DNA from: Actinomycetes bacterium | Lineage (GTDB): Bacteria; Actinomycetota; Acidimicrobiia; Acidimicrobiales; Palsa-688 | Length of the DNA: 64,000 bases | Direction of reading: 5' to 3' | NCBI GenBank assembly: GCA_021788115.1 | Contig: JAJYLA010000002.1 | Location: forward strand, 20,476-84,475 | Shown here: piece by piece, positions 43,950 through 51,014 of the stretch | Layout of the letters: every line of letters begins with the position of its first letter | How positions within the stretch are numbered: position 1 is the stretch's first letter | Translations under genes and position numbers: made by a program | Notes under the pieces: model-generated | The model's database searches: none | Seen by the model: the letters and a program-made list of their open reading frames with translations, nothing else | What the model was told of the DNA's origin: nothing

Positions 43950-45238
43950 CGGGGCACCAGGGTGGAGCTGGCCGGGTGGGCGGCGGCCTCGAGGGCCTCG
44001 ATGATGTGGGTGGCTTCCTCGTCGGCGAGCACGTGGCTGGTGTGCTTCGCCGCTTCGAGGATGGCCTCCGTCCGCTCGGGCGTCGGGTCGAACCCGTGCT
44101 CGCGCAGCCAGAACAGCACGTTCGACTTACCGCTCATCGGTCCGACCGAGATGTGCTGGCGCCTCCCGACCAGGGACGCGGGAACCGCGCTGTACACCCG
44201 GTCCGCGAGCCACGCGTCACCCTTGGTGTAGGCCTTGGCGACCGCTGCGGCGTGCACGCCGGTGCTGGTGGCGAAGGCGTCCTCGCCGAGGACGGGGTAG
44301 TTGTTCGGGACGGCGACGCCGGTCATCTCGCTCGCCACCCTGCAGTACTCGGGGAGCCGGGTCAGATCCACCTGCTTCCAGCCGAGAAGGGCGACGTTGA
44401 CCAGGACGAGGTCGAGCGCTGTGTTGCCGACGCGCTCGCCGATGCCGAGGGCGCAGCCGTGCACCCGGGTCGCACCCGCAGAGAGGGCGGCGAGCGCGTT
44501 GACGACGTCGAGGCCCCGGTCGCGATGGCCGTGCCAGTCGATGGCCGTTCCGTCGAAGCCGTGGCTGGACAGCTGCTCGGCGAGGAAATGCACGATGCGT
44601 TGCACCCCGCCGGGGGTCGCCTGGCCCACCGTGTCGGAGATGCAGAACCGGCTGGCCCCGGCGTTCGCGGCGGCCAGGTAGAGAGCCTCGATGTCCTCGC
44701 CGCGGGCCCTCGTGGTGTCCTCGGTCACGAACATCACATCCATGCCGGCCTTCACGGCGTAGCCGACCGCTTCCTCGGTGATCCGCACCAGGGTCGGGAT
44801 ATCCCAGCCCTCCACCCACTGGCGGATCGGGCTCGACCCGATGAACAGCGCCGCCTGTATGGCCACGCCGGATCGCTCCTGAGCCTCACGGATCGGGTCG
44901 ATGTCGTGGACGTGGGTGCGGCCGGCACAGTTCGGCTCGATCGGGAGGTGTTCGTCGGCGATGGTCTTGGCCAAGGTGACGACGTCGTCGAGGAGACCCT
45001 CGCTCGCGCCGGCGTAGCCGATGTCCGCGCACGTCACCCCGACGGGCACCAGGGATCGAAGGAAGACCTGCTTCTGCTCGACCGTCGGCTGCAGCACCGA
45101 TGGGCCCTGAAGCCCGTCCCGGAGCGTTTCGTCGTTGAGGATGATCTCCGCGGGCGGGTCGAGCGTGCAGCTGCGCGGCGCCAGTTCGTTCCAGTCGAAG
45201 ATGAGATCGGCGATGTCCGGATCTCCCGTGTTGTCCAC
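43946..45238 (-). CDS. 2-isopropylmalate synthase / homocitrate synthase family (DRE-TIM metallolyase) protein, about 430 aa
   Basis: LNDETLRDGLQ and WHGHRDRGLDVVNALAALSAGATRVHGCALGIGERVGN are HxH metal-site motifs. I placed the start at the GTG at 45238 because GGGAGGAA lies about 6 nt upstream. The track's Met at 45286 adds 16 Arg-rich residues. Confidence 0.75.
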   Translation of the reverse strand: MDNTGDPDIADLIFDWNELAPRSCTLDPPAEIILNDETLRDGLQGPSVLQPTVEQKQVFLRSLVPVGVTCADIGYAGASEGLLDDVVTLAKTIADEHLPIEPNCAGRTHVHDIDPIREAQERSGVAIQAALFIGSSPIRQWVEGWDIPTLVRITEEAVGYAVKAGMDVMFVTEDTTRARGEDIEALYLAAANAGASRFCISDTVGQATPGGVQRIVHFLAEQLSSHGFDGTAIDWHGHRDRGLDVVNALAALSAGATRVHGCALGIGERVGNTALDLVLVNVALLGWKQVDLTRLPEYCRVASEMTGVAVPNNYPVLGEDAFATSTGVHAAAVAKAYTKGDAWLADRVYSAVPASLVGRRQHISVGPMSGKSNVLFWLREHGFDPTPERTEAILEAAKHTSHVLADEEATHIIEALEAAAHPASSTLVPR

Positions 45239-45287
45239 CCCAGGTTCCTCCCTCTGCCGGCGCGCCGCTCGCGTCGTGCACGCCATC

Positions 45288-45309
45288 TCACTGTGATGCA
45301 GTGACTATA
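45288..45309 (-). promoter_or_regulatory. Candidate -10 element (TATAGT on the minus strand) fused to the palindrome TCACTG-N5-CAGTGA, upstream of the synthase/OFOR operon
   Basis: Plus-strand tcactg lies at 45288-45293 and cagtga at 45299-45304. Minus-strand TATAGT is plus-strand 45304-45309. This sits in the only AT-rich gap (45239-45362) of the 17-kb co-directional block. No good -35 was seen. Confidence 0.3.
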
Positions 45310-45362
45310 CGTAGACCACTGAACTTTTTATTACGTGAGAGAGTTTAGGTTAGACTGCCCGG

Positions 45363-45923
45363 TCAGTCAAGGTCTTGGGCAGGGTTTCCCTCGGCCTCTG
45401 CCAGGGCGGCGAGCAGCGGCTCGATGCCCCCGTGGCGGAGCACGTCGAGCATCGGCTCGGGGATCCGGTCGGCCTCGAGCTCGCGCCGGACCGACCCTTC
45501 GGACCCCTGCTGTTCGACGGTCACGACGCCGGCGACGATGTAGACGTCGACCACGTCGCCGTCGGCCACCGCGGCGCTGACGCCCGGGCAGCTGAGGGCA
45601 GGCAAGCCGATGGCGATCGCGTTGCGGGCGAAGATCCGGGCGAGCGAGTCGGCCACCACCGCAGCGACACCGAGGTCCTTGAGGTGCTGGGGGGCGGACT
45701 CCCGGCTCGAGCCGCACCCGAAGTTCGGTCCCGCGACGACGATGTCGCCGGCGCGAACCTGACCGGCGAACTCGGGGCGGGCCGACTCGAGCACGTGGCG
45801 CAGCCGCACCTCGGGCGGGTCGTGGACGTACTGTCCCGGCGAGAGCATGTCGGTGCTGATGTCCGCGCCGAACAGCCATGCCCGGCCCGCGAGACGGGCG
45901 ACGTCACCGCTGGGATTGCTCAC
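45363..45923 (-). CDS. Aconitase-family small subunit (LeuD / homoaconitase small-subunit-like), 186 aa
   Basis: GPNFGCGSSRESAP is the LeuD signature. The GTG start overlaps the large-subunit stop (GTGA). Confidence 0.8.
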   Translation of the reverse strand: MSNPSGDVARLAGRAWLFGADISTDMLSPGQYVHDPPEVRLRHVLESARPEFAGQVRAGDIVVAGPNFGCGSSRESAPQHLKDLGVAAVVADSLARIFARNAIAIGLPALSCPGVSAAVADGDVVDVYIVAGVVTVEQQGSEGSVRRELEADRIPEPMLDVLRHGGIEPLLAALAEAEGNPAQDLD

Positions 45924-47197
45924 CGCACGTCCTCCTCTTTCCCCGCCTCCTCCTCGTCGGCCGCGGCGAAGCTACGGGGATCGGTGATCTCACCGGCCAG
46001 CGCGGAGGCGGCGGCCGTCGCCGGCGAGCCCAGGTAGATCTCGGCCTCGGGGCTTCCCATGCGACCCCGGAAGTTCCGGTTGTGCGTGCCGAGGCAGCGC
46101 TCGCCGGGCGCCAGCAGCCCCATGTGGCCGCCGAAGCACGGGCCGCAGCCCGGTCCCTCAACGATCGCCCCCGCCTCCACGAGATCGGAGAGGATCCCCT
46201 CTGCGAGCGCCTGGCGGTACACCTCCGACGACGCCGGGGTGACCACCATCCTCACGCCGGACGCGATCCGTCGCCCGCGCATGATCCGGGCGGCCTGGCG
46301 GAGGTCCTCGAGGCGCCCGTTGGTGCAGGAGCCGAGAAACACCTGGTCGAGGCGCACGCCGGCGACTTCGTCGACCCCGACGACGTTCTCGACGTGGTGG
46401 GGTACGGCCACCTGGGGCGCGAGGGACCCCAGGTCGACGGTGTGGGTCGCCGCGTACGACGCCCCGGGGCGCATGGTGTCGACGTCGCCCGCCGGGAACA
46501 GCGAGAACTTCGCCCCCATCTCGACGCCCATGTTGGCGACCGTCATTCGCTCGGGCAAGCCGAGGGTCGCCACACCGGGGCCGCCGTGCTCGACGGAGCG
46601 GTACTGCGCCTCGGCGGAGCCCACCTCGCGCATCAGGTAAAGGACGAGATCCTTCGCCGTCACCATCGGCTGCAGCCGGCCCTCCAGCACGACCAGCACC
46701 GTCTCGGGGACCTTGAACCACAGGCGCCCGGTGGCCAGCGCATACGCCATCTCGGAGCTGCCGATCCCGCAACCGGCAGCCCCGAGCGCCCCGTAGGTGG
46801 TGCTGTGGGAGTCCGTCCCCACGACGAGGTCCCCGGGCCGGAAGCGGCCCTCCTCCACCATCACCTGGTGGCAGATTCCCCGGCCGACTTCGAAGAACGC
46901 CTCGATGCCGTAGCGCTTCACGAGGCGCCTGGCCGCCGCCTGGTGCTCGGCCGCGGCGACCGAGGGGGCGGGAACCATGTGGTCGAACACCACCGACGCC
47001 CGGCTCGGGTCGTGGAGCCGGCGGACCCCGACACGCTGGAGCATTCCGAGCACGTCGGCGGCGAAGATGTCGTGCATCATCATGGCGTCGACCTCCGCCA
47101 CGACGTATTCGCCGGGGACCACGCGCGGCACGCCGGCAGCCCGCGCGAGGACCGACTCCGCCGCCGTCATCGGCGCGTCCGCGATGGGCCCGCCCAT
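45920..47197 (-). CDS. Aconitase-family large subunit (LeuC / homoaconitase large-subunit-like), 425 aa
   Basis: The sequence contains GTDSHSTTYGALGA, FLGSCTNGRLEDL and GCGPCFG, which supply the three Cys ligands of the dehydratase [4Fe-4S] cluster. The start may be Met10 (47170). Confidence 0.8.
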   Translation of the reverse strand: MGGPIADAPMTAAESVLARAAGVPRVVPGEYVVAEVDAMMMHDIFAADVLGMLQRVGVRRLHDPSRASVVFDHMVPAPSVAAAEHQAAARRLVKRYGIEAFFEVGRGICHQVMVEEGRFRPGDLVVGTDSHSTTYGALGAAGCGIGSSEMAYALATGRLWFKVPETVLVVLEGRLQPMVTAKDLVLYLMREVGSAEAQYRSVEHGGPGVATLGLPERMTVANMGVEMGAKFSLFPAGDVDTMRPGASYAATHTVDLGSLAPQVAVPHHVENVVGVDEVAGVRLDQVFLGSCTNGRLEDLRQAARIMRGRRIASGVRMVVTPASSEVYRQALAEGILSDLVEAGAIVEGPGCGPCFGGHMGLLAPGERCLGTHNRNFRGRMGSPEAEIYLGSPATAAASALAGEITDPRSFAAADEEEAGKEEDVR

Positions 47198-47198
47198 C

Positions 47199-47963
47199 TC
47201 AGAGCATGCTCAGGCCACCGTTGACGCTCAACGTCTGGCCCGTGATGTAGTCGGCGTGGGAAGAGGCGAAGAACAGGACGGCCTGGGCGACCTCCTCGGG
47301 GGTCCCGACCCGGCCGAACGGGATCGAGCGGATGATCGCCGACATCAGCCGCTCGTGGCCCTCGCTCACGTCGGCGAGCATCGCCGTGTCGGTCAGGCCC
47401 GGGGCGACACAGTTGACGTTGATGCCCTGGCGCGCGGTCTCGCGGGCGAGCCCCTTGGCGAAGGCGATCACGCCGCCCTTGGCGCCCGAGTAGACGACCT
47501 CGCCGCTCGATCCGACCCGCCCGGCGTCGGAGGCGACGAAGACGAGCTTGCCCGCGCCCCTTTCGATCATGTGGGGCAGCACGGCGTGCGCGCAGGCGAG
47601 GTGGCCGCGCAGGTTGACGGCGATCACCCTGTCCCACAGTGTCTCGTCCGTCTCGATGAACGGCATGACCTTGTCCCACCCGGCGTTCGAGACGAGCACG
47701 TCGATGCCGCCGAAGTGCCCGAGGGCCGCTTCCACCATGGCGCGCACCGCGGCGGTGTCGGCGACGTCGACCTCGACCGGAAGCGCGTTCCCGCCCGCCG
47801 ACGCGATCTCCTCGGCCACCGTTTTCGCCCGGTCAGCCGACAGATCCCCGATCACCACCCCGCCGCCCTCCTGGGCGATGCCGAGGGCCACGGCGCGGCC
47901 GATCCCGCTGCCGGCGCCCGTGACGACCGCCGTCCTGCCGCCGAACCTGCCGTCACCTGTCAT
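47199..47963 (-). CDS. SDR-family dehydrogenase, second BadH-like paralogue, 254 aa
   Basis: The sequence contains VVTGAGSGIGRAVA, SNAGWDKVMPF, ASDAGRVGSSGEVVYSGAKGGVIAFAKGLARETARQGINVNCVAPGLTDTAML and GQTLSVNGGLSM. Confidence 0.7.
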   Translation of the reverse strand: MTGDGRFGGRTAVVTGAGSGIGRAVALGIAQEGGGVVIGDLSADRAKTVAEEIASAGGNALPVEVDVADTAAVRAMVEAALGHFGGIDVLVSNAGWDKVMPFIETDETLWDRVIAVNLRGHLACAHAVLPHMIERGAGKLVFVASDAGRVGSSGEVVYSGAKGGVIAFAKGLARETARQGINVNCVAPGLTDTAMLADVSEGHERLMSAIIRSIPFGRVGTPEEVAQAVLFFASSHADYITGQTLSVNGGLSML

Positions 47964-47965
47964 TC

Positions 47966-48757
47966 CTACCGTCCTTTCAGCACACCGTTTGAGTCGAGTT
48001 CACGCACGATAGCCAGCTGGTCCGGGGTCGGGGCCACCGTGGTGGGCACCGGGTCACGCACGATCAGGTCGAAGCCGGTGGCGTCGCGAACCTCTTCCAC
48101 GGTCACACCCGGGTGCACCGACACCAGGCGCATCCGCAGGCTATCGGGGTCGAAGTCCATCGTGGCGAGGGACGTCACCACCAGTGCGGGTCCCCCGCCG
48201 GCCAACCCGGCCGCCGACCACTCCTCGGGCCCGCCGAGGAACCCGGGGCCGCCGAGGAAGTCCACCCGCTCCACGAATGTCCGCCGGTTGTGCGACATCG
48301 AGTAGATGAGCACCCGTCCCACACGCGAGAGGAACGGCAATCCCACCGTCCCGGGGCCGCGAAGGCTCGGGCGGGACCAGTCCCCCACCGAGACGAGGTT
48401 GCAGTTCCCGTGGGCGTCGATCTGGAGACCGCCGGCAAAGAAGACGCTGAACACGTCGGCACGGCCCTCCATCAGCACCACATCACCAAGGGGCAGCGCG
48501 GTGTCCGCACGCAGAAGGTCGTAGTCGCAGCACGAAGGAACCACGGGATCGAGGTGGGGGTTCACCGAGGAGGTCCCGCCGGCGACGTACCACAGGCCGG
48601 GCGCGGTGGTGAGCTGGGCGAGCCGGCAGGCCACCTGGGGCAGAGCGCTGGCGGTGCCCATCACCGCGACATCGTCGTCGCGAAGACGCGCGGCCAGCTC
48701 TACCGCCATCAGCTCGCCCACCGACCAGTTGCCGGCGGCGCCGTCACCCGCCGTCAC
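47966..48757 (-). CDS. Class I CoA-transferase subunit B (glutaconate CoA-transferase GctB-like), 263 aa
   Basis: This is the C-terminal part of track ORF 47966..49879. The GTG at 48757 overlaps the subunit A stop (GTGA). The sequence contains ELMAVELAARLRDDDVAVMGTASALPQVA and FFAGGLQIDAHGNCNLV. Confidence 0.7.
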   Translation of the reverse strand: MTAGDGAAGNWSVGELMAVELAARLRDDDVAVMGTASALPQVACRLAQLTTAPGLWYVAGGTSSVNPHLDPVVPSCCDYDLLRADTALPLGDVVLMEGRADVFSVFFAGGLQIDAHGNCNLVSVGDWSRPSLRGPGTVGLPFLSRVGRVLIYSMSHNRRTFVERVDFLGGPGFLGGPEEWSAAGLAGGGPALVVTSLATMDFDPDSLRMRLVSVHPGVTVEEVRDATGFDLIVRDPVPTTVAPTPDQLAIVRELDSNGVLKGR

Positions 48758-49686
48758 CGGCGCGTCGCCTCCCCGGGTGTCGCCGACGCCGCAGCGGCCG
48801 CCGGCGCGTACCGCAGGGCGCCGACCCTGCCGGCTGTCGCCGCCCGGTATCCGTCCTCGCTCTGGCCGGTGACCAGCTCCTCGATGTAGGACGCCACCCC
48901 GGTGGCGTCGCGCGCTCGTGCCAGGTACGTCATCAGGTGCTCCTCGTCGTAGCGGTAGGCCCCGTGCGAGGCCGTGGGGTGGCACCCTCCGGGCGCCTCG
49001 ATGACAGCCTGTACCAGGAAGCCCGGGATCGTGGTCCCGGGCGCGTGGCGGGCGATCTCCCCGAAGCCGACGACCTCCTCCACCTGCACGAGCACCGTCT
49101 TGGCGGCGAGCGCCATCGAGCGGTCGACGAAGTGGGCTCCCGCGATCACGGCGTTGCCGCGCTCGTCGGCCTGCAGGGCGTGGAGCAGCGCGACGTCGGG
49201 CCGGAGGGGCGCGCCCGACAGCACCCGCGCGCCCGTGAAGGGGTCCTCCACCATGCGGTAGTACTCCGGGTTCACCTTCGACACGTCGGAGATCTCGAGT
49301 CCGACGGGCAGGGGGACGTAGGGCAGTCCGCCCGCTCCGGCGTACAGGCCATGGGTGATGTACGCCTCGTCGCACTCGAGGACCCGGATCGATCCCGACT
49401 CGACGGCCCGCCGGAAGCAGGGGGCGAGCCCGAGGTGCTCGAACCCCACGTAGGACGTGGCGATCTCGTCGACCAGGCCGGCGCCGATCAGGAGATCGGC
49501 GTTGAGCGCCCCGCACGGGCTGGTGAGGAGGCGCCGCACGCGGCGGTGCTGGCGGATGACCTCCCTGACCAGCGCCATCGCGTTGTTGTGGAGGTGCATG
49601 CCGCCGACCGCCAGAAGCCCGACACCGTCGGGCACGAACCGCTCGACGGCGGACTCCAGACTGACCACTTTGCTCACGTGTGCCAC
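48754..49686 (-). CDS. Class I CoA-transferase subunit A (glutaconate CoA-transferase GctA-like), 310 aa
   Basis: KVVSLESAVERFVPDGVGLLAVGGMHLHNNAMALVREVI is typical of the AtoD/GctA N-terminus. Confidence 0.7.
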   Translation of the reverse strand: MAHVSKVVSLESAVERFVPDGVGLLAVGGMHLHNNAMALVREVIRQHRRVRRLLTSPCGALNADLLIGAGLVDEIATSYVGFEHLGLAPCFRRAVESGSIRVLECDEAYITHGLYAGAGGLPYVPLPVGLEISDVSKVNPEYYRMVEDPFTGARVLSGAPLRPDVALLHALQADERGNAVIAGAHFVDRSMALAAKTVLVQVEEVVGFGEIARHAPGTTIPGFLVQAVIEAPGGCHPTASHGAYRYDEEHLMTYLARARDATGVASYIEELVTGQSEDGYRAATAGRVGALRYAPAAAAASATPGEATRR

Positions 49687-50393
49687 CTGCTTGTTCTAGC
49701 CGACCTGGCCCGGCGTGTCTCTGGCGGCGGCCCCGCCACGGCGGCCCTCGGGGGGGCCTCGCCCGCGTTGAGCAGATACGCGAGGACAGCGCTGGTGCAG
49801 GCTCGCTTGTACCACTCATGGCGGCTCTCCCAATCGTCCTCCTGCAGCCACTGGAAGTGCAGCCCCTCGATGATCGCACGCACCGCGGTCGCGGCCTCGT
49901 CGACGTCGGCCACCCGGAAGCTCCCGTCCGCCAGGCCGCCGCGTATGACCTCGGCGTACACCTCGTTGACCGTCGAGCGGAAGGCGGCGCTCAGCTGCTC
50001 GAATCCTGTGACGCGCGCGGCGTGGTCGATGAGGTCCAGGTAGGTGAGATAGAAGCGGCGGCTCTGCTCCGGCCCGAGGAAGATCGTCTCGATCATCGTC
50101 CTCACCGACTCCTCGGGCGTGCTCGTCCGGCTCACCTCCTGGCGGACCCGGTCGCCGATCTCGTCGAGCACCCAGGACATCGTGGCCATCACCAGTTCGT
50201 CCTTGGTCTTGAAGTAGTACAGGATGATGCTCTTGCTGACCCCGGCTGCGGCGGCGATCTCGTGGACGGGTACGCGCTGCACGCCCTTCTCCGCGAAGAC
50301 GCGGTAGGCACAGCGCACGATGTGCACCTGCCGGGCGGAGAGCGCGCCGCCCGGGCGCGGCTCCCCGGGTCGCCGGGACTCCTCGACTGTCAC
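49674..50393 (-). CDS. TetR-family transcriptional regulator, 239 aa
   Basis: IVRCAYRVFAEKGVQRVPVHEIAAAAGVSKSIILYYFKTKDELV is a TetR HTH. It overlaps the CoA-transferase A start by 13 nt. Confidence 0.85.
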   Translation of the reverse strand: MTVEESRRPGEPRPGGALSARQVHIVRCAYRVFAEKGVQRVPVHEIAAAAGVSKSIILYYFKTKDELVMATMSWVLDEIGDRVRQEVSRTSTPEESVRTMIETIFLGPEQSRRFYLTYLDLIDHAARVTGFEQLSAAFRSTVNEVYAEVIRGGLADGSFRVADVDEAATAVRAIIEGLHFQWLQEDDWESRHEWYKRACTSAVLAYLLNAGEAPPRAAVAGPPPETRRARSARTSRWHT

Positions 50394-50424
50394 TGCGTCA
50401 CCCGCTCAGGTCCCGCCGCGCCCT

Positions 50425-50901
50425 TCACCGCGCCCGCAGGGCCGGGTCGAGCTGCCCCTCGAGCGTCGAGGCGACCTGGCTGAGGAAGGAGCGCACCGTC
50501 GACTGGGCCAGGTGGTGCAACAGGGCCGTATCGAGGGCCCGCCCCAGGTCTCCGAAGGGGGGGGCGTAGGAGGCCGACAGGGTCAGACGGCACACGTCGG
50601 GCCCGAGCGGAGCCAGCTCGAGGTCGCCGTTGAGCGCCGGGAAGAGCGCCGAGTGCTCGGTCGCCTCCCACGCCAGCGGCACCACGACAGCGTCTCCCCG
50701 CTGGCGCGCCGGGCCGAGCCGCACGCGCACCTCCCGCGTCAGGCCACGCCCCGGCCCACGGGGCCCGACCCGCAGCCGCAGGGTCTCGCCGTCGTCCGCC
50801 GCCGTGTTCGCCAGAGGTGCCAACCAGGCGTCGTCGCCCGTGAAACTCCCCCGAACTGCAGCGAGCGGCAGGGCTACATCGACGAAATCCTCGACAAACA
50901 C
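50425..50901 (-). CDS. Hypothetical protein, 158 aa; same domain type as the C-terminal extension of the Rrf2 regulator (possibly an SRPBCC-like ligand-binding fold)
   Basis: The composition is protein-like. By-eye collinear similarity to Rrf2 residues from about 150 to 309 covers three segments: FVEDFVDVALPLAAV vs LADVVQVELPEVEV, NGDLELAPLGPDVCRLTL vs EGEVTVGAVDPFRSELRV, and STVRSFLSQVASTLE vs RGLRSLLRHLARGLE. Confidence 0.5.
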   Translation of the reverse strand: MFVEDFVDVALPLAAVRGSFTGDDAWLAPLANTAADDGETLRLRVGPRGPGRGLTREVRVRLGPARQRGDAVVVPLAWEATEHSALFPALNGDLELAPLGPDVCRLTLSASYAPPFGDLGRALDTALLHHLAQSTVRSFLSQVASTLEGQLDPALRAR

Positions 50902-51014
50902 GTCTCTCGACCCACGTGGAACCCCCGGAACTAGCGGTGCCCCTCACCTTACGGTTCGTCGCCATGGGTGCCCTAGGGCCCAAAGTCCCGTCGCTGCGGA
51001 GTCGTCCGGGCCGT

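Noticed and set aside
47966-49879. A 637-aa ORF suggesting a fused CoA-transferase
   Set aside because: Only the last 263 aa (from the GTG at 48757) are protein-like. The upstream part is a shadow of the subunit A gene, which is read in a different frame (48754-49686).
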